Origin: Azolla caroliniana
Lineage: Eukaryota; Plantae; Polypodiophyta
DNA length: 64,000 bases
Direction: 5' to 3'
NCBI GenBank assembly: GCA_043228905.1
Contig: JBHGNT010000006.1
Coordinates: 15,066,001 to 15,130,000, forward strand
A program made the position numbers and the translations under genes. Shown piece by piece: positions 12,700-26,804 of this stretch. Within the stretch, counting starts at the first letter, position 1; each line of letters starts with the position of its first letter. Under the pieces are notes generated by a model. That model made no database searches and was not told the origin of the DNA. It saw only the letters and a program-made list of their open reading frames with translations.

Positions 12700-15600
12700 T
12701 GTTAAGAAATTGTTTGATCAAATCACAATAAATGAATTGTGCTGAAATACAAATCACAGATATGCTAGAAAAACAGGACAACAATGGTGCACAGAGATTT
12801 AACGTGGAAACCCTAAAACGGAAGAAAACCACAGAGAAGAGAACTTCACTATACAGTGGATATACAATAGAGGGTATGTTACAGCACTCTTTCGAGTGTA
12901 TCAATGACGCAGGGCTCTTGGCATCTGCTATTACACACACAACTATGGCGCCGCACTCTCTCTCTCTATCTCTCTGCTCACTCCTCATGCTCTTCTTCTA
13001 GCGATACCTCACTCTGTCTCTTCTCTCTCTCACGTTTTGCCCTAAGTGTATTTATACTTATACACTAAATGGGCTACTTACAAATGTAGCCTCTGCTACG
13101 TATCATTATTATTATTGCTATAATAATAATAGTCAAACTATCAAACAATCAACTCACTATTTTCGACTCTTCGACTATCGGCTTTCCAAACAATCGGATC
13201 TTCCCTTTCTTCGACTATCAACACTCCTTGGTCCGATCAGTTGGCTCGTCGTAGTCATCGATTGTCAGCAACTTCTGGACAGTGGGTTCCTCCTCCCACT
13301 GGAGGGACATATTCCCAACAAACTCCCCCTTCACTCCTTTGGGAGGAAGTCAGTTAGTCTTGTCTTCTGTCGATAGACTCTGAGCATGTCCATAGGTAGG
13401 TTCTTTGTCAGCATGTCAGATCCATTGTCGTCAGTATGGATCTTCACCAAGGAAAACTCTCCTTCTTCCACTCTCTCCCGCAACCAGTGATACCTTCTCT
13501 GTATATTCTTGGTCCAGGAGTGGTATGCACCATTCTTTGAAAGATGTATGGCACTCTGGCTGTCACAGTGAAGCAAGAGCTCCTTTTTCTTCATCCCTAA
13601 TTCGGTGAGAAAACTTCTCATCGAGATCATCTCTTTGCCGGCCTCTACCGCTGCCATATACTCTACCTTTGTAGTCGACAAAGATACAGACTTCTGCATT
13701 CGTGACTGCCACGACACTGCTCCCCCTACATAGGTCATCACGTACCCTGACGTGGATCGACTCGAGTCAACATCTCCCGACATATCTAAGTCGGTAAAAC
13801 CTTCTAGCACAGGTTTTCCGACGCCATACCTTAGGCACACCTCTGAGGTTCCTTTTAAGTACCTGAGTATCCACTTCACCGCTACCTAGTGTTCTCTCCC
13901 TGGATTACTCATGTATCGGCTTATTGCTCCTATAGCAAATGCTATGTCTAGTCTCGTATAGACCATTGCATACATTAGACTGCCAACGGCCGAGGCATAT
14001 GTTACCTTCCTCATCTCAACCTTTTCCTTCTCCCCTTTCGGGCACTACTTCGCATTCAATCTGCAATTTGTCGGCAACACTTAGCCGACCAGCTTTGAAT
14101 CTGACATGTCAAATCTCTCTAGGATCTTTGACACATACTTCTGTTGTGACAACCATAGCACCTTTTGAGTTCTGTCTCGAACTATATGCATTCCTAAGAT
14201 CTGTTTAGTTGGTCCAAGGTCTTTCATGGCAAATGATTTGTCGAGAGCTTTCTTCATGCTTCTAATCTTCCTTGTATCTTGACCGACTATCAACATGTCA
14301 TCAACATATAGCAAGGGAATCAAGAAGTCTCCTTCTTCATACCTTTTGATGAACACACAGTGATCGGCATGTGTTTTCTGGAACCGGTGTTCCATCATGA
14401 AGGACTCGAACTTCTTGTACCATTGGCGTGGAGCTTGTTTCAGACTGTACAAGATTTTCTTCAGTTGAAAAACCAAATTCTCTTTCCCTTTCTCCTCAAA
14501 GCCTTCGGGTTGCTCCATATAGATTTCTTCTTCTAGCTCTCCATGCAGAAATGCGGTTTTAACATCCAACTGTTCGATCTCCAAGTCCATGTTGGCTGCT
14601 ATGCTCAGAACAGGTCGAATGGATGTCATCTTAACGACTGGTGCGAATATTTCGTCAAAGTCGACACCCTTCTTCTATTGGAAACCCTTCACCACTATAC
14701 AGGCTTTATACTTGGGCTCAGTGTCGGCTTCTCCAGTCATCACCTTGTAGACCCACTTATTCATGAGTGCTCTCTTACCTTTCAACAGCTCTACTAGGTC
14801 GTAGGTGTAGTTCTCATGCAAGGATTCCGTCTCATCTTGCATCGCGGTCAGCCATTTCTCTCTATGCTCATCGGCAATGGCTTCTTTGTAGCACTCTGGT
14901 TCACCTTCATCAGTCAAGAGGATGTATTGACTGGCGTATGTAGTCGGTGCTTTCCTTTCTCTGAGTGGGTATCTTCTTCCACTCGTTGTTGGCTCTCTTT
15001 CGGATGTCTCTGCCAACTCTTCTCTCTGCTCGGGATTTTGCTCGTCAATCGGCCTCTCCTGGTTGGGTAATTCCAACTCATATTCATCAATTGACCTTTG
15101 CAGCTCTACCAACTCTGACTCATAGTCAGTCGGACTCTCCGAGTCGACCGACTCAGATTCGGCTCTATCGGCTAGTTGTCTCCTTACAGCTATTGGTGAC
15201 GACTCACTTGGCCTTAAGTCGATGGTAGTCGGGATTGATTGGGGAGTCAATTCAGACTTTTGTTGCTTCCAGTCTTCTAGCAAGACTACATCGCGACTTC
15301 TCACTACCTTCTTGTAGACTAGGTCCCATAGCCTGTAGCCGAATTCATATTTCGAGTATCCCATGAATATGCATGCTTTCGACTTGTTATCGAGCTTTAA
15401 CCTCTGATCTTTCGGTACATGCATGTACGCCAGACATCCGAACACCCTCAGATGCTGGTAGGAGACATCCTTCCCTGTCCACACCCTCTGTGGGACATCA
15501 CCCTTCAATGGTACTGAGGGAGACCTGTTGATCAGATAAACATCCGTGTACATCACCTCAGCCCAATAGGATTTCGACAATTTCGCATGAGAGAGCATGC

Positions 15601-18031
15601 TCCTTACTCTCTCCATCATCGTTCGATTCATCCTCTCTGCAAGCCCATTCAACTCTGGGTCTTTGGCACTCTGTATTCGATCCGAATAGCTTGTCTCTTG
15701 CAGTATTCCTCGAATTGCCCTTTGTACTCGCCACCATTGTCGGTTCGAACAACCTTCAACTTCCGACCCGACTCTCCTTCGACTCTTGCCTGGAACTCCT
15801 TGAAAACCGACAATACTTGATCATTCATCTTTAGTACAAAGGCCCATGTCTTCCGACTATGGTTGTCAATGAATGTCACAAAGTATGGTCCACCTCGATG
15901 CGATGGAGCATCAATATAGCACACATCCATGTGTACTAGTTCTAGTGCAGCCTCTCTTCTTCTCGGTGATCTTGTGTGGAATGCAGCTCTGTTATGCTTT
16001 CCAGATAAGCAATCGATGCACTTCTCCAGATGCATGCCCTTGACTTCTGGTAGAAGTTTCTGGTCGGCTAACAAGTGCATTCCCTTCTCACTCATGTGGC
16101 CTAGCCTCTTATGCCATATCTCACGTGCCAAGTCAGTTGCCACATTTACTTCCGATTTGCACAATCGAGCATGCATCATGTACAATGTGCCTTCTTTCTG
16201 TCCTCCGGCCACTATAAGATTTCCTCGACAAAACTTCCACTTGCCATTTCAAAAGCTACCACTATAACCTTCGTCATCTAACCTTCCAGTCAATATTAGA
16301 TTCAATATGATATCGGGGACGTGTCGAACATCCTTCAGTGTCAGTCGACACCCTGTCGATGTCATTAAGCAAACACTTCCGACTCCGGTTACCCTGCACT
16401 CTCCACTGTCACCCATCTTTACATAGCCATGATCCCCGGCTATGTAAGTCGAGAAATACTCTCTCGACGGAGTTATGTGGAACGATGCCCCGGAATCAAT
16501 CACCCACGTGCAATCTTCACTTGCAAGATTTGCACTCGTCTGTTCACAAATGAACAGGAGCCCTTCATTGCTCGTAGCAATGGCCGAAGTGTTCTTCTCA
16601 TCAAGAATCTTCTTGGGTTCGACATTATTTCCGACACTCTTCTCTTTCTTCAAGTGTCGACGGTCCTTCTGGAAGTGTCCAGTCTTTCCACAATAAAAGC
16701 ACACGGGCTTACCTATGGACTTCGATCTGGCGTGGGATTTGTCCGTTCGTTGCGGACTTCTTCTTCGCTGGTCTCTTCCTCTGTCCATATGTTGAGTCAG
16801 ATTCAACTCCGATTGGGATAGGACTCCTTTGTCTTTCCTCTTTGCCTCCTCATTTAGGATGTTTGTCTTCACCATCTGTAAAGAAAAGTTCTCTTCTTGA
16901 CAGGAGGTGTTGAGAGTAACCACGAGGTTCTCCCAACTGTCTCGTAGTGTGCACATCAGCAAGATGGCTTCCATTGCATCATCCAAGGGAAACTTTGTCA
17001 CAACAAGTTTATTTACATACCCCATGAATGTGTTGATGTGTTCGACGATGCTCTCACCATCTCTATATTATTTAACTATACGATTTTTCTCATCAATGAG
17101 GTTTTATTGAGCGTGTTCTTCCTCTCATACAGACCCGACAGCTTCTGCCACATCTCGTGAGCATTTGTGCCGTTCGCCACATGCTAAAGGACACTTACAT
17201 CGATGCATTGTCGGATAGTGGCCACCACCTTTCTATTCAGAAGCTTCCAGTCCAACTCCAATACCCCCCGGGGTATTTCTGCTTTGTCGACTAGGTCGTA
17301 CAGATGTTTAACTATGAGAATGTCTTCCATCTTGATCTTCGAGTCTGCATACTTCTGTGAGTTGAGAACTATCATACCTAGGAAACCACTCACACCTCCT
17401 TCCATGTTTGCACCTCAAGCTCTAATACTAGTTTGTTAAGAAATCATTCAGTCAAATCACAATAAATGAACTGTGTTGAAATACGAATCACAGATATGCC
17501 AGAAAAACAGGACAACAATGGTGCACAAAGATTTAACATGGAAACCCTAAAACGGGAGAAAACCACGGAGAACAGAACTTCACTATACATTGGATATACA
17601 ACAGAGGGTACGTTACGCCACTCTTTCGAGTATATCAGCCACGCAGGGCTCTTGGCGTCTGTTGTTACACACACAGTTATGGCACCACACACTCTCTCTC
17701 TATCTCTCTACTCACTCCTCATGCTCTTCTTCTAGCGATACCTCACTCGGTCTCTTCTCTCTCACGTTTTGCCCTAAGTGTATTTATACTTATACATTGT
17801 ATGGGCTATTTACAAATGTAGCCTCTGCTACGTATCATTATTATTACTGCTATAATAATAATAGTCAAATTATCAAACAGTCGACTCACTGTTTTCGACT
17901 CTTCGACTGTCGGCTTTCCGAACAGTCGGATCTTCCCTGTCTTCGACTGTTGGCACTCCTTGGTCCGATCAGTCGGCTCCTCGTAGTCATCGACTGTCAG
18001 CAACTTCTAGACAATCGATTCCTCCTTCCAC
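12700..18031 (-). mobile_element. Tnt1/Tork-like copia (copia-3), decayed; 3' LTR 12700-13320, 5' LTR 17434-~18031 with its outer ~20 bp lost
   Basis: LTR pair of ~620 bp, PPT at 13321-13330, degenerate iMet PBS at 17419-17430, and gag/PR (WVIDSGAS)/INT/RT (YVDD)/RH ORF fragments on the minus strand. Confidence 0.93.
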
Positions 18032-18039
18032 ATGGGGCG

Positions 18040-18311
18040 TGTTGAGATACAAGCTCAACATTGGCCGGATCGGTGCGTAAATCGGTTTGTAGACCGGTGC
18101 ACAAACTGGTGCGCAACAAGAGGTCGGATTGGTGCGGAAACCAAGAGGCCGTTGAACAGATATTCCACGAGGGAATATATTTGGGAGTTAGCGTAGGAGC
18201 TTAGTTATGAGCATTGAAGTACATGGCAGTACTTCTGTCGGTCCATATGGACTTGTATAAAAGTGCTCCCTGAGCACATCCTATGTACAGAGTTTTTACA
18301 CATTATTTTGA
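18040..18311 (+). mobile_element. Truncated LTR of the copia-2 type
   Basis: TGTTGAGATACAAGCTCAAC... aligns with 12507-12699 and continues past the point where that copy is interrupted. Confidence 0.85.
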
Positions 18312-20271
18312 ATGCCAGTATATAAAACACCCTTTCAATGGACAAATGCAGAGCAAGATGCCTATGATTTCCTTAAGAAGATTATCACTAAGGTACCAGT
18401 TGTACAACCTCCCGACTGGCAGAAGCCTTTTCATGTTTTTGTCGACACATCGAATGTAGCAATCAAAAGTTCATTAATGCATTTGACGACGCAAAACTGG
18501 TATAAACCAGTGTATTACGTGAGTCGGAAGCTCTCACCGGCTGAACGAAATTACCCAACAACTAAACGCAAGGCTTTCGGGATGATATATAGTATTAATA
18601 AATTTCGTCACTACTTGTTGGGTCAGAAATTCACATTTCATGTGGACCATTGAGCATTATTATATTTAGTGTCCAAACAGGAGTTGATAGGAAAACTGGC
18701 CCAATGGACATTGTTGCTACAAGAGTTTGAATTCGGCATACTTCATCAACTAGGGGTACAACATGTTGTCGCCGACTATTTGAGTAGACTAGAATCGGGA
18801 GAGTCGAGTACAGGAGTAAACGATGATTTTCCCGATGCTCAACTTTTTAGAGTCAACATCGTAGCAGCCATAGAGATGGATGAAGATCAAGCAAATTTAT
18901 GGATCACTAAAATGATGATTTTTCTGAGAACAGAACAAGCACACTTGGAGAGCGCAGTACGACAGATAGTTGTATGTTGCGTTCGGGAAGGGACATTCGC
19001 CAGAAGGCATGCCACTGGATGAAAGAAAAAGACTAGTAGTAAGAAGTCAAAACCTCTGTCTCCTGAACAACACATTATACCATAAAGGAACTTACGGCAC
19101 ATGGCAGCGGAGTACTTGACAATACGAGAGACTAGTGGTTTTGCGTGAAGCCCATTGCAGTATTGTCTGCGGTCATTATGTGGGAGAAACGACGGCAAGG
19201 AAAATTTGGAATAGCGGCCTGTGGTGGCCAACTACCTCAAAAGATGCAGTCAACTATTGTCGATAGTGCAATTTATGTCAGCGAACCGGCCAACCCACAA
19301 AAAAAGATAGGATGCCACATCAACCAATATTACCTTTGGAGCCATTTCAAAAATGGGGTTTTGACTTTGTCGGGCCATTCAAACCAACAATTGCACGCAC
19401 CGGAAATCGATATATTATAGCTGCCACTGACTACTGTACCAAATGGGTGGAAGCGAAAGCTCTTCGGGATAACATGGCGGCGTCGACAACAAAATTTCTC
19501 TATGGATTCATATGGTGTCGATTCGGTTGCCCAATTGAACTGGTGAGTGATCAGGGTACTCATTTTATAAATAAAATTGTACATGAGCTATCCACTTATT
19601 ATGCAGTGGTACATAAAAGAAGTACTCTATACTACCCTCAAGCCAATGGGTTAGCAGAATCAACAAACAAAACCATAGAAATGATTCTGAGAAAAATAGT
19701 TAATGAGAATAGAACGAACTGGGACCAGAAGCTTCATAGAGCTTTATGGGCATACCGGACTTCATACAAGACAGTTATCAAATCGACCCTATTTCGGATG
19801 GCATTCGGACTAGAAGTTGTAATGCCAGTTGAATTCCAAATTCTAACACTACGAGTTCAGATCACCAAAAGATTAGATGAAGAACAATCCGAATGAGTGA
19901 GGAAAGAAAATTGGTTGGTATTGGAGGAAAGTTGGCTTCAAGCTCTGTGTGCATTAGAACAGAAACAAAGACAAACAAAGGCGTTTGTGGACCGACGCCG
20001 AAAACAAAAGGAAAAGATGTTTGAAATCGGAAAACTAGTGTTGGTGTTTCAAACAAAGATGGGTTCAATGCCAAGTAAACTTCAATTTCAGTGGACAAGA
20101 CCATTTTGGATAGTCGACAACAAAAATGGTACATACCAACTCGGTATGTTAACGGGTGAAATTTTGCCGCAATGGGTAAACGGGTTCCGACTCAAGCTGT
20201 ATCGAGGACTAATGCCAGAAAACCCATTTAGAATCGGAGTCAATGCCGACAAGCTACCGACCACGTCGTAA
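18312..20271 (+). pseudogene. Ty3/gypsy pol remnant (RNase H then integrase), non-chromovirus, Athila/Tat-like
   Basis: PFHVFVD...YVSRKL...FHVDH RNase H and KWGFDFVGP/SDQGTHF/YYPQANGLAE integrase motifs. No chromodomain. Stops and frameshifts present. Confidence 0.9.
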
Positions 20272-20503
20272 CGTTTACATGGCAAGGGGACAAAAGTGTA
20301 AATATGAAAAACAATAATAATAATAATAAATCAATCTTGGGAAATATATAACAGAAAATATTTTTGTTATGATAACTTCTTGACACTATCCTTTTCAGAC
20401 TATAAATAGACAGGCTAACAAATCATTTAGAATTCATTATGAGTGATTACTATATTCGTACTGTCACTATCATTAATAGCAGGTTTTATTAACTCCTCAA
20501 AAA

Positions 20504-22500
20504 ATGGCCAAACTTTTCTCCAAAAACTCTTCTTCACCATTATGTGTCTCACAACAGCACAAACGTCTTCATGCACACAAAGCACAAAACTTTCAAGATT
20601 CTTCCTTTCGCTTCTCTCCATCATTCATTGATCGCTCTGACACCACAAAAGATGATACCATGTCGATTCTAGTATTTGATAGGCTTCGTAATTGGTTGAA
20701 CAACAAGGGACTGCAAGGATATCTGAAGGTTGCAGATGTCGAACCCCATCCCCGCACTATAGAAATAGTCAATCAAATCGATGTCGCCAAAATCACCAAC
20801 AAGCAAGTACGCCGATTTCTGAACCTTAAAAGGGAAGGGTTCAATGGTCTGAAGCCACTAAAACCGGAAGTGGTAAGGTCGTATTTCGGTGAATATTCGC
20901 CATCGGCCAAAGCTTATAACACACAAGGTGGCGAGGACAAACTATTCTAGGAAGTGGCCAAATTCTTGTTGGAAGTGGCTTTCGTCAGTCCACGATTCTA
21001 CTGCATGCCCAAGCAAAGGGCAGGATTTATTAACGCTACATATGAAGGGGAGACAGTTGATTGGGGGTACCTGGCATGGGAAGCACTAGGGGACCAACTG
21101 AAAGTGGTGCAGGACGACAAACCCATGAAACCCATCTTCAGCCGATGGCTCACACTACTCTGCCCGACACCAAGTTCAAAGAGTCGACATAAGACCCCAA
21201 GGAAGGAAAGAGGGCAGCCAGAGTCGACATCGAGGGCCCAGAGGGAAGTACCACGTGAAGAGTGGCAAGGACCGGAGTCGACAACTCTTGACACCCAGGA
21301 GTTGGTACCAGCCCGACAATCGGTAGTTGAACCCCAACAGGAGCAGGAGCTGAATCCGAATCTCGGCACCCCAATAATGGAGCCAATACGGACTCCGAAT
21401 TCACAGTCACAACCGGTTCAAGAACCGATTCCACAAACCCAACCTATCCAAGAATCAACACTGACTTTCGAGGTTGAGAAGCAACAACAACCACCTACAT
21501 TCCAAACGAAGCAAAGAAGTCAGAGATTTCAACAACCAAAAGAGGAGACACAGGCAGAGAAGAGGTAGTGAGTCAAAGAATAGCAGCAGTAGACATAACC
21601 AACACAACAAGAGGAACAAGAGACGCGTGTCGACCCAGCCGACACAAGACATCTAGAAAAGGGGAAATCATCTTCGATGACTCCAAGAGAAGTATTGGGG
21701 TTACCTGAATTGCCACCTACAGCACATGAATTGGCAGCTATTCTACAGTTCGACACATCTTACAAACTTGTCGAATGGCTTGCCCAGTGATTATAGTATG
21801 CGTCTGACATGCTCGCCCAAGAGCTTAAGGATCGAATTATGATTCAGAAGGCCATAATCGGCACAGTCGAGCACGAGGATCAACCGGAGTTGGATCAAAT
21901 TGGTCGAGAAAGACATGTCAGGTCTAGAGGCGAGGCAATTCAAATGCCGCCATTAAATATGGTGTTGGTAGAAGTCCATCGGGAATATGCACGAACGAAC
22001 AAGGTCGCAAAAGACATGGTCGAGGCATGTCGGAAAACCACGGTAGCAGCTAATCGATTAAATGATCAATACTCTAGTGCTAAAGAGGACAACACCAAAC
22101 TGACGAATAGGCTCCGACAAGTAGGGGAAAAGATGAAATAGGCCGAAGACCATATACAAACAACATTGCGACTTCGCAAACATCCCACATGTAACCGATC
22201 AACAACTACACGATCAGCTGTAGAGAAACCGAGAGGAAGGTTGAAGAGGCAAACAACAGAGCTGCCAAGGCTGAGGAAAATGTGAAGAAAATGGAAGAGT
22301 ACATTGCACTCGCCAAGACACAGATAGGGGCATTGTTGGACCACAAGGACAATGCTATCCAAGAGTTAAAGAAAATGCTTGAGCGAAAGTGGGTGACGAC
22401 GACAGAAGAAGAGGAAAAAGTACACTAATTGGAGGAGTATATCCGATTTCAGGAGGAATATTATGCAGATCAAATGTTCAAGGTGGTACTCCAGAAATCC
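20504..22500 (+). pseudogene. Accessory ORF 3' of gypsy pol (globular N-terminus, Q/P/E-rich linker, C-terminal coiled coil), decayed
   Basis: ORFs 20504-20950, 20954-21568 and 21809-22141 lie in one reading frame broken by stops. TATAAATA at ~20401. Motif ETVDWGYLAWEAL. Confidence 0.65.
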
Positions 22501-22524
22501 GAAATGCAAACGACATACAAACAT

Positions 22525-22760
22525 ATAAGGTCACCCTCTCTTTTCATTAACTCACTACAATGCCCACTTTCTCTCTAGAACATTGGGGAATGTAAAAACT
22601 CATTAGTCATGGGGAATATGGAACTCATTAATTATGTGTCATAGAATACGATTCTATGACACATAGTTAATGAGTAGTGGTGACTTTTGACCTTTGAGTG
22701 CTCATAGATTCTCAAAGGGTGTGTTCTCACACTAGACTAGATTGAGCTGGATTCTCAACA
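22525..22760 (-). mobile_element. Partial copia LTR of the same type as 31503-31970
   Basis: 'ataaggtcaccctctct...attctcaaca' matches 31741-31970. Confidence 0.85.
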
Positions 22761-25284
22761 CACCCATTCAATTGTTTGTTTTGCATCTAAAATGCATGTC
22801 TCATTTGAAGTATGTTATCTCCTACAATTTCACTAACTTCTTGCTAAGTGAGAAATTTGGTTAAGGTTCCATTCGACCTCCTTGCCTAACACAATTATTA
22901 GTCAAATCCTCTTTTAAAACAATGACATAAAAGGTTTGCTTGGGCAATATTCTTGAATCTTGACCATCTATATACTTTGTTGTGTAAGGTCAACCAAAAC
23001 ACTTAGACCCAAAACTCAATTCAAAGAGATTTGTAGACTCTACCTTGCTTAAAGCAATCAATGTAGACTCTCCCCCTCGTAGGTACCAGTTTCTTTGGGA
23101 ATCTTAGCACTGGAGATATAAAATCTAGTGAATTTTGTTCTCTTGCCATTGGTTGTTACGATTAAATACATTTCCTAGCACAAGGCAACAAAGTTTTGGT
23201 TGAAACCTAAGTTAAATGGTGAACTGTTGCTCCTAAGGGATGTCCCATTTTTGCTTTAGTAGTAGTGTGTTGGTGGTGGCACAAGGTTGTGGTCTTAGAC
23301 ATGGTGGGATGGTTTTTCTTGAAGGGTGATAGGTCTAATATATTGGCAACTTCTATGGGTTATGTTGTTCATATCTAACGTAACCAATCTATTGGAGCTA
23401 CTAAGATGTAAATTTGTAATCCCTCATTCTCTATAGTTGAGCTAAAAAGTTTAACAAATCATACAATTGGCTTTACATATCCTCAATTCTTCATGTCAAT
23501 GTTACATAGGTGTGCATTTTACTTCATTAACAGGAAACAGACCATTCTTTCTCATGAGAACTCATATATCATCCAGGGGGAAAGTCTTATGTAGTGTCTA
23601 TTGTTTCACATATTTACGCCATGGTTGGAGATTTCTTGCCCATCAGGTTTTCTCACCTTTGAAAAGAAGGATTTATCGAAGTATAGTAGAGATCCAAGGT
23701 CCGTAGATGCTATAAAAAGTTTCAAATAATACTCTTTAACCTCCCCAACATACATGGCCTTCCTTGTCTAGCAAACACCACATTCAACATGGGACATGCA
23801 ACATTTCTTGGGATTTGCAAATTTATCAACAATTATTCAAATATCATATTTCCTTCACACTACTTACACATAGAGTTGGAATGAAACCAACAAAGTATAT
23901 GATAGTTTAAATTTGTTCACATATTTTCATGATGTTACATAATTAAATAATGTTAAGAGTGTCTCGAACCATATGATCTTCTGAAGCAAACACCACTCAA
24001 TGTGGGATTCAAAATGTTTCTTGGGATTTGGAAATGTTTACTGCAAGTTATCAACAATTATTCAAATATATTATCTTTACCACAACTTACCCAAAATAAC
24101 CAACACATCTTACACACAATCAAACCAAGCATTTCAGCCCCGTTTTGATGCATGCTAACCATGTCAAGATATCCATAAGGGAAATTGATGCATATGGTTT
24201 TGTACTTAGAAATGTTTTGATGTAAACTGGGAAGATGAGCAAATTGCATTAAATTGCGTTGCATTCGTGAACAATTTAATATTCATAAAAAAAAATATGA
24301 AAACTATGGCAAAGAGTTTATAACGATTGTGTATGCTTTTGAATAGTGTTGTGAAGCATGAGGTCTTCAAAGTTTCTACACATTAGATCATTTTCTAGAA
24401 CCTTACATGTTTCTACATTGGTCAATTCTTTAATTGACAACAAAACTCCTTGCGTATAAATACTTTCCTGTCACATTTCAAGAAGTGAGCACATATAAAT
24501 ATTTCTAGATTAGTCAATTCTTTAATTGACCACAACTCCTTGGGTTTTATTTTGATGACCACATATCCACAAGTGTCCACAAGGAAAATATATGTTCTAT
24601 CTCAACACATATCTACACCTTCTCCAAGAGACTCTAAGTTTTATCATTGAAAGTACGTCTTGTTGGATCCAAATTGCGTACAGTTCAAGGGAGCTTACCT
24701 CTTTGAAACCCACAGAAATTCAAGCATTCTTGCTTCCATCAATTAGATATTTGGATAACACATTTTGAATCATATTGTCCCATAATGTGTTGTTTGTTCA
24801 AGTTAAAGGTAATCATATGTGAATGAAGATCCTTAAGGTTACACTTCAAAACATTTAAGAAATGATCCTTACGCTAGATATGAGCTATATAGGTAGAAAC
24901 GCTCATTATGTAGTTCCTTATGACATTTCTCTTTTTCAAATCTTACATACTACCATTAACTCACACATTGATGAGTGGTTTGGAGTTCAAAAGGCTAGAG
25001 TTTATTGATTGCATATATTGGTGGACTCGAGCCGTCCTTTGTATTGGTGATTTCTATTGCCAATTTTTTGAGATCCACAATAATCCATTACTCTAGATTT
25101 CAGTGGAGATCCTCATATTCCATAGGTTTCAATGACATTTGCACGTGTCAGATCAGTTCAATGAGATGGCACATTTCCTTACATAAACACCAATGAAAAA
25201 ACCCATGAGTATCTTAATTCCATGACTTCCATTCTATGGTGTAAACCACTAAGGCAATGGAAAGAGAGTGGGAACAATGTGGCC

Positions 25285-25858
25285 AATGTAACTGGAATCT
25301 ATGAGAAATTTAGCAAAAGTCAAAAGATTGTTATTTGCAACATATATATAATATTAAGGATATTTGCAACATTACCTTGTCACACATCTTGCAATGATCA
25401 GCTATGACATGCAGATCAAACAAAAGTACGTACCTTGCTGTTCAGTAGGTTCTGAAGGATCATTCAATCAGTATATACAATGTAATTGGAATCTATGAAA
25501 CATTTAGCAAGTTAGTCAAAAGATTGGACAATAATGATTTGGAACATAATGATATTAAAGATATTTGTAACAATGACTTGTCATACATCTTGAAATGATT
25601 AGCTATGACATGCAGATCAAACAAAAGTATGCACCTTACTGTTCAGCGGGTTCTGAAGGAACATTCAATCAGTATATACACTGTAATTGGAATCTATGAA
25701 AAATTTAGGAAGAGTCAAACGACTGGACAATTAACGATTTGCAACAGATATACAATATCAAAGATATGAAGATAACTTGGATTCGTCATATCTTGCAATG
25801 ATCAGCCATGACATGCAGATCAAACAAAAGTATGTGCCTTACTGTTCAGTAGGTTCTT
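25285..25858. repeat. Three tandem copies of a ~200-bp unit
   Basis: 'atgacatgcagatcaaacaaaagta...cctt.ctgttcag' recurs at ~25404, ~25605 and ~25808. Confidence 0.9.
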
Positions 25859-26177
25859 GGCTTATGCCACATGCCACATGCCGTTTTATCATCCACATAT
25901 AAGCCACTTGTCACATGTACAAATAATGGGTCTGTAGCTACATACCTGCTCACTCAACTTCAAACGTACAAATATTACAATTAATTAATTGTGCAAAACA
26001 ACACATGACAATATGCTTGAAACCCCATCCATGCACACACAGTGTTCCCTTTTTCACACTTAAAATGGTCATCCTACACAAATGGTAGACTAAAATATCC
26101 ATCCTTCACAAGATGTTCAGCAAGACGAACATCGCTGACAGCAATTCCTCCAAACCAGATTGGAAGAGTTATTTTTA

Positions 26178-26804
26178 TTAAGCTACCATCACTGTTGTGC
26201 AACCATTTTCGGCAGAGTATTTCACAGCATTGAGTAGTTGTTGGGTCTTTCTAGCGATTGTTGGCCAAAAAGTATCAATGCTTCCTGACCCATCCTTAAT
26301 GCCTTTTACCAGGGTTGAAAATTTTTTAAGCATTAGGGACTCCTGAGGGGCATCGACCATTACATTAGTTTCATCAACCAACTGCTTCCAACCCAGGTCT
26401 AATGGTTCAAACATGATCAACCTCTGATATCCAAATTGCGATATATTTTCTTCATGAGGAATGACAAAGTCATCAACTTCAAGTGTTCCACTTGATCCAT
26501 ACACAGTTAATGTCATTTTCATATTCAATAAGAACGAACAATGAAAAGTGGCTGACTTCCCATCTTTCCATTGTAAACATGCTTTACAACTCAATAAGAC
26601 TCCATCCTTGTTGAATTTTGTATCAGGAAGGCTAGTGACCCTCTGAGGAAGTTCAAACTCAAAAGCCCACAGGATAGCTCTAGCACAATACCAACCAAGA
26701 TCACCCAAAACTCCCAATCCATCTAAGTCTGCTCTAATTCGAATGTTATCGGTGAAGAATGCTGGTGCATATCCATTCATCGGAAGACAGAAAGATGAAT
26801 GGAC
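26178..26804 (-). CDS. Gfo/Idh/MocA-family NAD(P)-dependent oxidoreductase (At4g09670-like), coding exon 2
   Basis: Acceptor ttttttcAG|GTC at 26805/26804 in phase 0. Motif DLDGLGVLGDLGWYCARAILW. Stop at 26178. Confidence 0.93.
   Translation of the reverse strand, partial: VHSSFCLPMNGYAPAFFTDNIRIRADLDGLGVLGDLGWYCARAILWAFEFELPQRVTSLPDTKFNKDGVLLSCKACLQWKDGKSATFHCSFLLNMKMTLTVYGSSGTLEVDDFVIPHEENISQFGYQRLIMFEPLDLGWKQLVDETNVMVDAPQESLMLKKFSTLVKGIKDGSGSIDTFWPTIARKTQQLLNAVKYSAENGCTTVMVA

Noticed and set aside
22770-25250. AT-rich region with short ORFs and small local duplications (~23805/24017, ~24415/24510)
   Set aside because: I found no recognisable domain or termini, so it cannot be assigned.
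25285-25858. Regularly spaced repeats considered as a CRISPR-like array
   Set aside because: Whole 200-bp units are homologous with no unique spacers, the context is eukaryotic, and there are no cas genes.
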